Positions 47,405-60,866 are shown, counted from the stretch's first letter. The stretch is DNA of 64,000 nucleotides from Octopus sinensis (GCF_006345805.1 NC_043012.1:29636001-29700000); one strand, 5' to 3'. A program made the numbers and translations. The notes: generated by a model not told the origin, from the letters alone.

Positions 47405-49612
47405 ACATGTGTGTGTCTTTGTATGTGCATGTGTATAACAGGCTCCCTTATTCTTTTCTACTCTAGGCACAAGGTCTGGAATTTTGGTGGGAGGGGGCCA
47501 GACGATTTAATCAACCCCTGTACGCAACTGGTACTTATTTTGTTGAACTGAAAAGGGACGAAAGGCAAAGTTGGCCTCAACGGAATTTGAACTCAGAACA
47601 TAAAGACAGACGAAATTCTGCTAAACATTTCGCCTGATGTGCTAAAGTTTCTGCCAGCTCGCCACCTTAACCGGCTCTCTTATTACTTTGCCAAATGAGG
47701 GTGGTTCAGCAAAACACTGCTGATCTGGTGTTTTTCTCCAATTTTCACTGCCTAAGATTCTTCTGAACAAGCCAGCCTGGAGTGAAGCTCTAAGTCAAGT
47801 ACCAATTATTGATATAATAAACACATACATATCGTCATCATTGTCATCATACATCTGCTTTCTATGCTGGCATGGGTTAGATGGTTTGACAATGTCCAGT
47901 GAACCACAGGGCTATGTTGAGCTTCGGTGTCTGTTTTGGGATGGTTTCTAAAGCTGGATGCCATTCCTATGCCAGCTACTTTACAGAGTGGACTGGATAT
48001 TTTCTCCATGCCACCAGCTCAAATGAAGTCACTGAAAACTTACAAAAAAGGGAGAAGAACCAGGAAAGGCAAAAAAAAAACCCTCTTGTATAGATGGGTG
48101 GCTGGGTGGGAGTGTTTGCGAGGAGGAGGCTAAAGTATGAGGACAAGCACAGGTGTCTTGCTATAGAAAAGATACATGACCACCACCCTGCATTAAATAG
48201 GAGTGGACAGGATTAGTTTGGAAGATGATGATGATGGGATGCCAGAACACATCCTCAATGAGTAAGGAGGTAAGTAAAAAAGGAGGATGAGAGAGAGGAG
48301 AGTAGTAGGTGATTAGAGATAGGTTTCAAGTGGCTGCAGTAATTAATGATCAGAGGTGGTGCTCTGGAAATATGAGTATGGAGGGGCGGGATGGAGACAG
48401 AAGCAGCTGAGGGATGACAGGAGCTGCACATGGAAGGTGGGAAGCCATAGTTTGACCTCTCTTAGGATAATACGATTAATAATAGACAAGTTTGATGATA
48501 CTCTTGGAGAGATTCTTGATGAGGCACAGGCAACCATTTTTGAGAAGCAGACTGCATGAGACTCATCAACAGGTGAGTTATGTTACGAAAAAGAACTCAA
48601 GGTAATTATTCATTGGCAACCATTCTGAAAGTTCCGTGGGTCACAGTTTGCCAATGGCTGGTTCTAGGTGGTGATGATCATCAATGGAACAGTTCAGCCT
48701 ATTTTAGAAGACTGACAACAATTACTGACAATTTCTAAAATTCCCTGACCTGGAAAAGCTACCAAGAGGTATTGCCAGTTCAAGGTAATCTCTACAAGTA
48801 CAATAGCCACTGTTAGCCAGGTATATTTGAGATGTCTGAAGAGTGACAAATCTGTTTATTGTGTATTCATTTAATCTGTGAGTGTTGTTGATTTGTGGGG
48901 TTATCTCAGACAGCTGTTTTGTGTGTTGGACAGATCCAGCTTTCAACCAAGGCCATTGTGAGGACCACTCCAACAATTTGCTTTGCAAGGCTGGGCAGCT
49001 TTGCTCTGTCTACTAAAATGGAGAACATGGTGACTAAGGCTGAAAGGAACAAAGGCAAACACTTTCCCAGTTTGACTAAACCTTCATCAACTTGTTTAAG
49101 TTTTACATAATGAAGGTGAAGATACAGAGGTGGAACACCTTTGTGAATTTGCTGAAAGCAGGGGCAACAATGATGAGAGTATTCCACTTGAATCAGTCTA
49201 CAAACAGCATGTCCCTTTGGGCCAAAAAACACCTGGGTCTATAAAAGTCTTTTATTGGTTCTTGTTCTCAGCCCACCTTCTGAAATGTCTCACTTCTATA
49301 GTTTTTGCTTCGTATTCTGGTTTCTATTTTTTATTTTCATCATCAATTCTGTAAAATCCCTCCCCGTTTCTCTAATTTATGCAAGCAACCTCCATTACAT
49401 CTATCGACCTTGTGACACAAGTGTTACCACATCAAGCAAAATATTTAGCAGCATTTCGTCCATCTTTATGTTCTGAGTTCAAATTCTGCCAACACTGATT
49501 TTGCCTTTCATACTTTTAGAGTCAATAAGATAAATACCAGTTGTGCACTGGGGTTGATGTAATCGACTTCCTCCCTCTTCAGAAACTGCTGGCTTTGTGC
49601 CTAAATTTGAAG

Positions 49613-49656
<44 letters not shown>

Positions 49657-49668
49657 GTTATTATTATT

Positions 49669-50146
49669 GAGTGAGAGATGGCAGTGCATGCCATCAAAGT
49701 GACACTGGGGTACAAATATACGAAGCCCAGTATACCCATCATGACTACCCATCTGATTAGGGTACACCAGGCACATGCATCACAACCATATGTGTGTGAC
49801 ATGGTGATCTCATATCAAGATAAACAGCACATGACCTTGCAGGTGGGGCCCAGTTAGAATTTTCATCTGGTCAAGTAGCACATCCCACTCAAAAGGTCCC
49901 TGAATAAGGATTGTTTAAGGATGTTGAATGAACCACCCATGTTTCCAAAAGTTAATTATCCAAACCTCTAAGAATTCTTCTCAACACATGGCTACGATGC
50001 TCCCCCACTACTTCTGCTTGTGATTAGAGATGCACATATCGTCAGCCAGTAAGGGACATGCTCAACTGATTACGGTCAAACAACTGACAAGCAAATCTGT
50101 GGTACTGAGCACAATATTTGCTCTAGCCCATCTTTTATACCAAGAC
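49669..50146. mobile_element. 478-bp non-coding insertion flanked on both sides by (TTA)n
   Basis: Complex sequence with sharp boundaries inside a long (TTA)n tract and no ORF. It resembles an interspersed repeat I recall from octopus DNA, but there is only one copy here. Confidence 0.5.
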
Positions 50147-50436
50147 ATTATTATTATTATTATTATCATTATTATTATTATCATCATTATCATTATTATA
50201 AGGCTGTGAGCTGGTGCAGTGATTAGAGCATCAGAAGAACGGCTTTATGATATTTGTTCTGGTGCTTCACATTCTGAGTTCTGCGGCAGCAGCAATGACA
50301 CCAGATCACTGACAGGGGAGTATCTTACCTGTAAATGCCAAGGTTAAGTAGACCCCTGTAGTATTATAATGAAAGGATGTTGGGTTAGGGGAAACGATAT
50401 GTTTTGATCTTTTGTGACTCTTCTCTCTCTTAACAG

Positions 50437-50492
50437 CTGGCGGCAGATCTTATGATAACGAACCAACGGATGATGATGATGATCTCAAATAG
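50437..50492 (+). CDS. Candidate phase-1 terminal exon: xGGRSYDNEPTDDDDDLK*
   Basis: Branch-like GTGAC (50414-18), pyrimidine tract and TAACAG acceptor. CpG-rich; the phase matches the 34050 donor. No donor occurs before the TAG. No homology recognised. Confidence 0.3.
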
Positions 50493-50681
50493 AATTGTCT
50501 TGGAAGGATCTTCTGTTTCATTTGTCGTTGTTTTTTGTTGTTATTGTTTGTTGTTGTTCACAATGTGATACACACACACACGCACACACACATATGCACA
50601 GGTTACACAATGTTGAACACAAATATATAGATACATATGTATATGTTTAAAATTATGCATATGTGGATCTGTGCATGACCG

Positions 50682-50732
<51 letters not shown>

Positions 50733-50888
50733 CACATAATATAATGTGCAAGTGTGTGTGATACATGTGCAAATATATTATTACACAATGTGTGTTATTA
50801 TATATAAATAACATGGTATTTATATATACAAGTGTAAATATAGATATATGTGCATGTATATATATACTTGTATATATATTTGTATGTG

Positions 50889-50944
<56 letters not shown>

Positions 50945-52019
50945 TGTGTGTGTGTGTGTGTATACACATATGCACACTTGCATATATATATACATCATAC
51001 ATGCACAGACACACTTATTTCTTACATGGGGTGGTGTGTGTGTGTGTATATATATATATATATGTTAATCACCAGCAGATTTAAAAGAAAAATTGTCTTG
51101 CAGGCTCTTCGAATGGGGAGACAACTCTAGCAGCCCAACATAGAAATTTGGTCTCTGCACTGAATAAACGACTTTGTCATGATTCAGGGGGAGGTAGGCG
51201 TGACATTTAAACCTTTTGATTGTTGTTGTTGTTGTTGTTGGCACCATCTGCTGTTTCTGTTTGTTTCTTTCTATCTGGTAGTAGCTTGTGTTGCTGTTCT
51301 GCTTGTTGATGTCAGTTCGTAATTGTATTGGCTTAATGGCTTAAGGTCACTGCTCTGCCTCCCCCCAGCTTCTTCTTGTAGTAATCTTTGGTTTAGTAAC
51401 TGCTTGGCAAACACAAACATATATGTATGTACATAGAGTAGTGCTAGTAAATGTATGATTTTATATATACACACACACACACACATATATGTGTATATAT
51501 TTGTGTGTGTGTGTGTGTGTGTACATTCTTTCTTTGTGGAATCATCATGCTACCATTGGTAGCCTTATCCAAAATGGAAACAGTTTACCAATATTTTTAA
51601 ATGGGAAGTCGATGATTGCAGGGTTTCATATGAAACCAATGGTAGCATGGTAACTCCACAAACAATGAATATACACGTGTGCATATGCATATATGCATGT
51701 ATATGTGTGTGTTTATATGCATGCATATATGCCTGTATGTGTATGATTATATATATATGTATGCGTGTGTATCAAACAGCATAACAGATTAGTTAGTATG
51801 CTTCCATTACGGCACAGTTTTGCCAGCGCAGATTATTCAAACGGTATCCATTTGACTACATATTTATACCAATATTTTAAAAAATACATTTACTTTACAA
51901 CAATACTGTTTTTTAGTTTTTGTCATATCAATAAAACGTGGCAACAAGATTTATATATACATGTATGCATGTGTCTATGTACACACACACATATGTATAT
52001 GAATTTTTTTTTTTACCAA

Positions 52020-52064
52020 AATACTGAAGAAATGGACTGCTAGCTCATTGAAACACGTGGATGT
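52020..52064 (+). ncRNA. Decayed hammerhead-like motif H6
   Basis: AATA-CTGAAGA-AATG..CATT-GAA-ACACGTGG-A. Intact core and stem II; the palindrome ACACGTGT has lost U16.1. Confidence 0.4.
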
Positions 52065-52260
52065 GTGTGTGTGTGCTTAAATATATAAATATATACCTGT
52101 ATGGAAGTATATATGTGTGTATGTACTTATATATACACACACACACACACCCATTGAAATACTTGTATACACCAATAAATATCTCTCCATACCAACACAC
52201 ACTTTTTTTTAACATTGTTTGTTGCTTTAACCTGCTAAAAGTACAGTGGTGGTAGTGGTT

Positions 52261-52297
<37 letters not shown>

Positions 52298-52434
52298 AAG
52301 AAGAAGAAGTAGTTTTTTTTTCTTATTTTATTTTGAAGTTTTAACTTTTTAGAAATATTTGACATATTTTCATTCTTGACATTCTTGAAAATGTAATGTG
52401 TGTGTTTGTATGTATGTGTGGATCTTTCTACGTA

Positions 52435-52492
<58 letters not shown>

Positions 52493-53029
52493 TGTCTTTC
52501 TGAATGTGTATGTGTTATATGTGTGTGTACAGACACTTTTCAAACAGCTGAACAACTCCACCACCACCCTACAAAAATGCTTCTATGGTGTCACTTGAAA
52601 TGCTAGAAATGGCAACTGAATCCCCTTTAAACCAAAATAGAATAAAAAGGAGGGACGTATTAAATGATGTAGTCCAAGATACTCTATGCCTGAAAATAAA
52701 CAACAGCAATAACAACAAGCACCATCATCATGAATGAAACCATAACCTTAATTCGCCATTCTGCCCTTCGTTGCTATGCAAATTTTTTTATCATTTTGTT
52801 ATTGATAGATATTGAAAGTTTGATTATTTATTGAGTTATTGAGGTCCCATTTGAGGATATTGGAAACCTTCTTTGGTGACCATTGGTGAACTGGTTGGAG
52901 GTCATCACCTCCTTCCTACTTCTTCCACCACTACCACCATCACCACCATCTTCACTTACTGCCATCATAAACATCATTGCCACTCCTTTAATAAGACAAG
53001 TTTGTATTGGTCCTTTAATGCCTCTCTAT

Positions 53030-53175
53030 CTATCCAGCTATCCATCTCTCAGTCTATCTGTCTATCTATTTATCTATCTGTCTGTCTTTTCTTTTTTTCT
53101 GTCCATTTATCTATCCATCTATATATTTATCTACCTCTGTCTATCTATCTCTTCTATCCATCCATCTATCTATCC

Positions 53176-53245
<70 letters not shown>

Positions 53246-53477
53246 TTATCTATCTATTTATCTATCCATCTACCTACCTATCTATCAGTCTATCTATCTA
53301 TCTACCTATCTATCTATCTATCTATCTACCTATCTACCTATCTATCAGTCTATCTATCTATCTCTTCTATCCATCCATCTATCTATCTATCTATTTATCT
53401 ACCTCTTAATCATCTGTCTATCTATCTATCTAGCTATCTACCTACCTACCTACCTATCTATCTGTCTATCTATCTAT

Positions 53478-53520
<43 letters not shown>

Positions 53521-53521
53521 C

Positions 53522-53576
<55 letters not shown>

Positions 53577-53580
53577 ACAA
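53030..53580. repeat. Long compound (TCTA)n/(TCCA)n/(CCTA)n/(CT)n microsatellite
   Basis: Direct reading; source of the 178- and 234-aa LSIY ORFs. Confidence 0.97.
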
Positions 53581-54270
53581 GATATAGAGACAAGAAACCA
53601 GTGTAGATGGTGAATAGTCCATCTGCACTACTCTTTCTTCTTTCTATCTCTTTCATTCTATTTATCTATCCTTCCTTTTGTTTCTTCAATCTGTCTATCT
53701 TTACCTTTCATTCTATCTACTGTGTGTGTGTGTGTGTGTGCATGTGTGCGCACGCATATGCCTGTGCATGTGTGTGTCCTACTCAAAACCCCAAACAGGC
53801 AAATTTCTTGATATCAACTTCAGTAGGAGAGCTGCTTGTAGGGGTCTATTTGTTCCTTAAAGATGAGTCGGACAAACCAGTGCCAAGGCTGTACTGCATG
53901 AAGTCTCCCTTATAAAAAAATGGAAAAAAGCAGATGCAGTGGAGCATGGCATAGAACCACCGACAGTAACCAGTTCTTAAGCTGTTCTGCTGGACAATGC
54001 ATTCCAGCATCCTTTACTAGGCACTAGCCAGGAAATAACCCCCCCCCCACCAAATGAAGGTTAACGCATTATGCGTCAGTTTTTGCTCTGTGAAGCTGCT
54101 CTGCTTTGAGGGTAGAACTACTGCTGCCCTCTACCAAGCAATCTGTAGAGAAGGACTGAGTATCCAGCTGAGACGCTCAGAGCCTTCCTTTGAAGAAATA
54201 CCAAACTGGGAAGCAGCATCCATTCAGCTGCAGTGTGCATTGACCAACTGGTCTATTGGCTGTCTTGTTA

Positions 54271-54648
54271 TCTTTTACTTGCTTTCAGTCATTCGACTGT
54301 GGCCATGCTGGGGCACCACCTTGAAGAGCTTCGAGTCAAACAAATCAACTCCAGTGCTTTCTTTTTTATAAAGCCTGGTACTTATCCTGTCGCTCTCTTT
54401 TGCCAAACTGCTAAGTTATGGGGGCATCCACAAATGAACACTGGTTGTCAAGCAATGGCAGTGGACAAATACACACATGATGCATACACACACACACACA
54501 TACACACATCTATACATATAATGGGCTTCTTTCAGTTTTCATCTGGCTGTAGCAGAATACACTTGCCCAAGGTGCCATGCAGTGGGGCTGAAACTGGACC
54601 CATGTGGTTGGAAAGCAGACTTCTTACCACACAGCCATGCTTATGCCT
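54271..54648 (-). mobile_element. tRNA-derived SINE, family A
   Basis: Reverse complement of the family A head and tail. Confidence 0.85.
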
Positions 54649-55049
54649 GTAGACATGTAGCTTACAAGTTTATCTAAGGTACCACATGACAGGCAATAAA
54701 TGTAGCAGATCTTACATCAGTGTGTGTGGGTGGATGTTTTATGTTATGAAGTGATGGCCTGTGGTTTTGTGGTTGGGGTGTTGCACTCACGGTCTCATGA
54801 TTGTGGTTTCAATTCCACAACTGAGCAGTGCATTGTGTTCTTGATCAAAACACTTCATTCCATGTTGCCTCTGAACAGCTGGGAAAATAACTGTGCAAAG
54901 TACCAGCATCCCATTCAGGAGGACATTGGGTTGGAATCTCAATCCCTTAAATGCAAACGGAACCAACTTAAACCCCAGCTTTAAGAGTCATGGAGCTCAT
55001 AACAGATCAGAGACCTAAGTCTAAGGTTAGAAGACATCAGGTGGGGAGA

Positions 55050-55200
55050 TATGTAGCCAGGTGACCATAATTACCATCAAAGCTAGAGAATGGAATGTAG
55101 GATACATGACAATGAAAGGGGTTATTCTTGTGAATGAATTGAAGCACCCCATCAACAGCAGACAAGAGCTGGATAATGGAAATTGTGCTAAAACAAGCAC
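55050..55200 (+). mobile_element. Possible APE endonuclease N-terminal remnant of a LINE
   Basis: IKAREWNVGYMTMKG..LVNELK..INSRQE resembles APE motifs WNV and QE. Confidence 0.45.
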
Positions 55201-57348
55201 AACTTCCCCATCCTCACAATATCTGTGTGGCGCTGAGATAATCTCAGTTTCCATTTTCTTTTAAAAGACATATTTTTTGACCAAAATATTGTGACCCAGA
55301 AAAAGTATAAAAAATTCTGTATCTTGGACTATAGTGGCTTTCTAAAACACACACACACACACACACATATCATAATTTTAAGGAGCAGATTTTCTGTGGC
55401 CAGTTTCGTTACAGCTGTCACCAATCTTCACCTATTGCCAATCAAGGTATTATTTTCACCCAGGTGAGACATGTTCTGAGAAAAGATTGCAATCAGACCA
55501 TTGTGAAAAATGGTAAAGCTTCTTTACATTTGTTTGCACAAAGTGTCAAGACAAGGAGATACATACATGCATATATATATATGTGTGTGTCTGTGTAGGG
55601 TGGGCTTCTTTTCAGTTTCCATCTACCAAATTCACTCTCAAGGCTTTGGTTGGGCTATGGCTACAGTAGAAGGCATTTTACCCAATGTGTGCCATGCAGT
55701 GAGACTGAACCTGGAACCCATGGTTGCAAAACAAACTTCTTAACCACACATCCATGCCTTCACCATTTTTTTTCTTATTACAGCAATCAACTGGCAGAAT
55801 TGTTATCACACCAGGCAAAATGCTTGGTGGCATTTCGTCTGTCTTCATGTTCTGAGTTCAAATTCTGCTGAGGTCGTCTTTGGCTTTCATCCTTTTGGGG
55901 TCAACAAAATAAGTACCAGCTAAATACTGAGGTTTGATGGTTTGGGGTTTGATGGAATTGACATACTCGCTTCCCTGAAGTTGCTGGTTTTGTGCCAAGA
56001 CTTGCAGCTAATATATTCTTCCATTTCCAATCCATTCATCTACCATCGTCCCTTTTTTTCCATCCCTTTTCCCCCGTAATTATCTTTCCTCTTCCTTTCC
56101 CATTCCCTAGCTTCCTGTGCTTCCTCCAAAATTTGTCCAACTTCTTGGTTCTTCTGAGTTGCAGAATCAGTGGATCACCAAACAGTTGGCCTCTTTGCAG
56201 CATTTAGTTTGGTGTCTTTTCGTTCTAAGTTCAAATCCCATCAAAAGTTGACATCACCTTTCATCATTTTGACTGACTCAGTATAAGATACCAGTCATTT
56301 ACTGGGCTCAGTGCACCCCCTGTGTTCTTCCAACTGAAATCTGTGATGTTTTTCTGTTTGTTTAAGTATCTCAAAGTTTGATAAAAGAAAACCTTTAAGA
56401 TCATTTTTGCTCCCTATTCTGCCCAAGATTGTATAAGGCACAATCCCCATGCACCCATTGTTCCACCCCTCTCACCCTGACATAACAAGGAGAAAGGCTG
56501 GGAAAGGCATCCTCTCCACCACTCTGTCCTCAAGCTCAAATGTTTTTTACAATTTGTCAGCTTCTCTCTCTCTCCCCTTCTCTCTTTCTTTCTCTCTCTC
56601 TCTCTCTCCTTCTTTCTCTCAATTTCTCTCTCTCTCTCTCTCTCCTTGCTTTGGTTCCTTCAGAAATTGTCCTAACTTCCTGATTCTAAAAATATCCCCC
56701 CCTTCCAGGTTCTGAGCTGCTGATGGTGCTGCAGCCATTGATAGTAATGCTGCTCTGGCTTCTGTTGCTGGTGATGATGATGATGCTAAAGATGATGACT
56801 GTGGTTGTCGTTGTGCTGCTGCTGTGATGGTGGTAGTGTTACTGATAAATAATATTCCTGCTAGTGTTGTTGTTGTTGATGATAATATTACTGTTGGTGG
56901 TGTAGGGAACAGTATGGTGGTGGTGATGTGGAGGTAAATCTGATACCCCAGAATCGGGTGGTGGCAGAGGATGGGAAAATGGAAACGGGTGTGGTGGGGG
57001 AGGGGGGGGCAGAGAAATTCCTTATACTTAATTGGAAAATATATTTTTTTTTAAATCTTTTTGGTAATCTGAAAATAAAGTCCCACCACCATCCCTGCCA
57101 CCATCATGACACTTGTGGGGATTTTTTTTTACACTCATTCCTCCTCCTCTTCCTCCCCTCTTCCTCTTTGTATATCTTTCTCTCAAACCCTATGCTTTGA
57201 CCTAATTCTTTCCATGTGGTGGTGGTGGTGATGGTGATAGTGATGATGATGATAGTTGTGCTTCTGGTCATCACAGTAGTGGTGATAGTGAAGATAGTGG
57301 TAGTAATGGTTATGGGCATAGTATTAGTTGTGGTAGTGATTACAGCAA

Positions 57349-57380
<32 letters not shown>

Positions 57381-57724
57381 GTGGCGGTGGCGGCGGCGGC
57401 AATGGTATGCTGTGGTTGTGACAATATATTTACCTTACTTGTGTGATGTTTATTTTCTTTAATAAACACATGTATATATAGATTACTGTGAGTGTGTTAC
57501 ATATGTGTGTGTGTGTGTGTATATATATCTCATACACGTGTGTGTGTGTACATATGCATTCATACTTACATACCTATATGAAATACATTTATATATGCAT
57601 GCACACACATGTATGTGTATATGTATGTATATGTATATATATATATAAATAAATGTATATATGTCTGTGTAAATGTATATATATATATATATATCTAATG
57701 TATATATGTCTGTGTATATGTATC

Positions 57725-57767
<43 letters not shown>

Positions 57768-58115
57768 ATAAACGTATATGTATAGATGTCCTGTTGTATG
57801 TATATAAGTGTAATAAATACAGGAAACTTTCCCTTTACCACAACAAAAGAGAAAAAAAACTTGCCCCAGTCTGAATAATCTCCATCCCATCTGACACCCG
57901 ACCTCCCCTCCCCCTCCCCGTATATAATTACCAACTTCTGCAGGGGTTCGTCAAGCCCCTGTCCCCACCCGCCTTGTATTCTTGAATAATCTAATTAACC
58001 TATCTCTTTGAATCTGGAACCTTCCAAGAGCTATGTAATATGTTTCCTAAACACACTAACTTAAGTAATCCCTATACATGGAAAAAGGACAAAAAAGGGG
58101 ACATACACACACACA

Positions 58116-58179
<64 letters not shown>

Positions 58180-58404
58180 CCACAGCCCAATTACATACCA
58201 GCTCCTCTCATATCTTTGCTTACAATTTAGTGTGAAGGCATTTTCAAAAATATTATTTTCATGGCATCGGAGCTGGCAGACTCGTTAGTGCATTGGACAG
58301 AATGCTTAGTGGCATCTCTTCTGGTTCCTTATGTTATGAGTTCAAATTCCACCGGAGTCAGCTTTTGCTTTTCATCTTTTCAATATCAATAACATAAAAT
58401 ACCT

Positions 58405-58626
58405 ATTTCATTATTACCCACAAGGGGCTAAACATAGAGGGGACAAACAAAGGGATTAAGTCGATTACATCGACCCCAGTGCGTAAGTGGTACTTATTTA
58501 ATCGACCCCGAAAGGATGAAAGGTAAAGTCGACCTTGGCGGAATTTGAACTCAGAACGTAGCGGCAGATGAAATACCGCAAAGCATTTCGCCCGGCATGC
58601 TAACGTTTCTGCCAGCTCGCCACCCT
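58405..58626 (-). mobile_element. tRNA-derived SINE, family B, young CpG-rich copy
   Basis: Reverse complement GGTGGCGAGCTGGCAGAAACGTTAGCATGCCGGGCG...GAGTTCAAATTCCGCC...GGGGTCGATGTAATCGAC. Confidence 0.9.
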
Positions 58627-58883
58627 AACATAAAATACCAGCCACGTATTGGGGTCAATGTAATCAACTTAAAATTGCCAGCATTTTGCAAAAAAATTTT
58701 TAATAATTATTATTTAACATCCCTTTTTCTATGCTGGAATGTATTGGATGGTTTGATAAGAACAGGCAAACCAGAGGGCTCCACCAAGTTCCAAGTCTGC
58801 TTTGGCAGTGTTTCTACAGCTTGATGCCCTTCCTAACACCGACCACTTAGTATACTGGGGGATTATTATTATTATTATTATCA

Positions 58884-59092
58884 GTGAGCTGGCAGAACTG
58901 TTAGCACGCTGGACAAAATGCTTAGCAGTATTTCGCCCATCTCTATGTTCTGAGTTCAAATTCCGCCAAGGTTGACTTTGCCTTTCATCCTTTTGGGGTC
59001 GATATGTTAAGTAGCAATTGCGTACTGGGGTCGATCTAATTGACTTGCCCCCTCTCCAAAAACTTTCAGGCGTTGTGCCTATAGTAGAAAGG
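58884..59092 (+). mobile_element. tRNA-derived SINE, family B, with (ATT)n tail
   Basis: Family B head and body ending GTAGAAAGG(ATT)n. Confidence 0.9.
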
Positions 59093-59119
59093 ATTATTAT
59101 TATTATTATTATTATTATT

Positions 59120-59490
59120 GCAATCCTCCCTAGTTTTGACATTCTTTTGGATTATTATCTCTGCCATGTCTTCTTCCCATATCTTAGAGACAAAAAACTT
59201 TCCTCAACATGTCCGCTGTTCCATCTAAGGCTACCAACTGTGCACTTTCAATAATATCTGGTAGTTACAAGTTCTCATACCAGGTTTTTGTGTTCTTTGC
59301 AATGATTCCAAGTCCACTAATCACAACAGGTATCACAGTCCCTTTTGGGACTCTATAGAATATGCCCCTCTCGATATACCTTTCAGTTTTCTCATTCTCT
59401 GTCTTCACAATGTTCTGATCTGTAGGCACCACTATGTCACTGAAGATCCAGTCTTTGCTCTCTTTTTATAAGAGTAATATCCAGTCAGTT
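59120..59490 (-). mobile_element. R4/Dong-type non-LTR retrotransposon 3' fragment 2 (REL endonuclease C-terminus)
   Basis: Minus strand: LDITLIK / KDWIFSDIVVPTDQNIVKTENEKTERY ... VIPVVISGLGII ... AQLVALDGTADMLRKVFCL*, followed by (TAA)n. Not in the ORF track. Confidence 0.75.
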
Positions 59491-59526
59491 GTTGTTATTT
59501 ATTAATAATTCATTAATTGTTAATTA

Positions 59527-59739
59527 AGGTGGCGAACTGGCAGAACCATTAGCACACCAGACAAAATGCTTTATCAGTATTTTGTCTATCTTTACATTCT
59601 GAGTTCAAATTCCACTGAGACCGACTTAGTATTTTATCACTTTGGAATTGATAAACTATGTACCAGTGAAACACTGAGGTCGATGTAACCAACTAGTCAC
59701 CCACCAAAAATTTCAGGCCTTGAACCTATTGTAGAAAGG
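59527..59739 (+). mobile_element. tRNA-derived SINE, family B
   Basis: AAGGTGGCGAACTGGCAGAACC...GAGTTCAAATTCC...GTAGAAAGG. Confidence 0.85.
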
Positions 59740-60324
59740 ATTATTGTTGTTGATCCAAAGTAAGGTGGCAAACTGGCAGTTGAACCCTAAGGTCAATGTA
59801 ATCAACTTACCCCCTCCCCCAAAATTGCTGGCCTTGTGCCAAAATTTGAAATCACTCTTAGTGGCTGTGATGGAAGAGACTGAAACAATTGAGGACAGAC
59901 ATTTTCCCTTCCCCTCAAACCCTCACTGGCTTCCAAGTTCCACTTGGAAAAATGCTCAAACGGTTGCTGACTGACTTTTAAAACAATCAGGGTGAATGGA
60001 CCTACCCTTAACCGGCATCTGTAGATTGAAGAAGAATAATTGGGTGAGGTTTTGTGTCCTTGGCAATCAGGGCAGTCATGGATCTGTGTGTCTCTTTGAC
60101 TTGGAGGCTCCCTTCTATCAGGAGGAGGGCCACGTCATCCATGTGTTCACATATTTTTTTAAACCTTTTTATCTCATTTCCTCTTTCATCTCCCTTTTCT
60201 CATTCAAGTAAACTGCTGCACGAATTGTAAACTGGCCTTGTAATGTTCTCCTCCTCTAAAGCCCCTGTGGCAAATAAGAAAAAAAATCCGTCATCATCAT
60301 TCTCCCTTCACTCAGCATTTCTTT

Positions 60325-60635
60325 GTTGTTGTTGTTCTGCCAGTGTTGGTTTTCTCCATATCAAGCTGCATCCTGCAACCTCAGACATTCAACACCTTTC
60401 CTACGGTCCTTGCTGTCCCAATCAAACTGGCTTCCTGTTGAGTCGGGAGGAAATTCCCCTCGATATTCAATATCTTCAGCCAACCATTTAAACTCCTTGC
60501 CGCTGTCCCTAAGGCTCCAATTACAACTGGGATAATGGTGACTTTACAGTAATTCCATATTCCCTGAAGTTTCTATTTAGAACTTTATATTTCTCTCTTT
60601 TTCACGTTTTTTTGTCTCCCACTCTAGTATCAATT
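60325..60635 (-). mobile_element. R4/Dong-type non-LTR retrotransposon 3' fragment 3
   Basis: Minus strand: KREKYKVL / GIWNYCKVTIIPVVIGALGTA..SLNGWLKILNI....QQEASLIGTARTVGKVLNV*. 5' end abuts a (TTA)n tract. Not in the ORF track. Confidence 0.75.
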
Positions 60636-60657
60636 ATCATTATTATTATCATTATTA

Positions 60658-60688
<31 letters not shown>

Positions 60689-60866
60689 ATTGCGTCAAGC
60701 TGGTAGAATCATTAGTGCTTTGCCATATATGGTCCATCTCTTTATGTTCTCAGTTCAAATCCCATTGACTTCTTCCTTTCAAGGTTAATAAAATAAAGTC
60801 CCAGCCAAATTGTAGAATTGATGATATCGGCTAACATCCTCTTCTCAGAATTATGGCTTGTATATA

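Noticed and set aside
48466-48572. Exon-like segment (CTCTCTTAG ... CAG|GTGAGT)
   Set aside because: Stop codons in all three frames.
48600-49260. Coding-looking unique sequence with several 70-108-aa ORFs
   Set aside because: No consistent domain motifs or splice signals could be recognised; probably an ancient repeat.
50320-50350. Minus-strand TTTACAG|GTAAGA recursive-splice-like junction
   Set aside because: It is antisense to the only supported gene, and no minus-strand exons were found.
52873-53587. 178- and 234-aa ORFs and the many IY, CV, HT, LS and ER-rich ORFs across the window
   Set aside because: Translations of (TCTA)n, (TA)n, (CA)n and (CT)n microsatellites.
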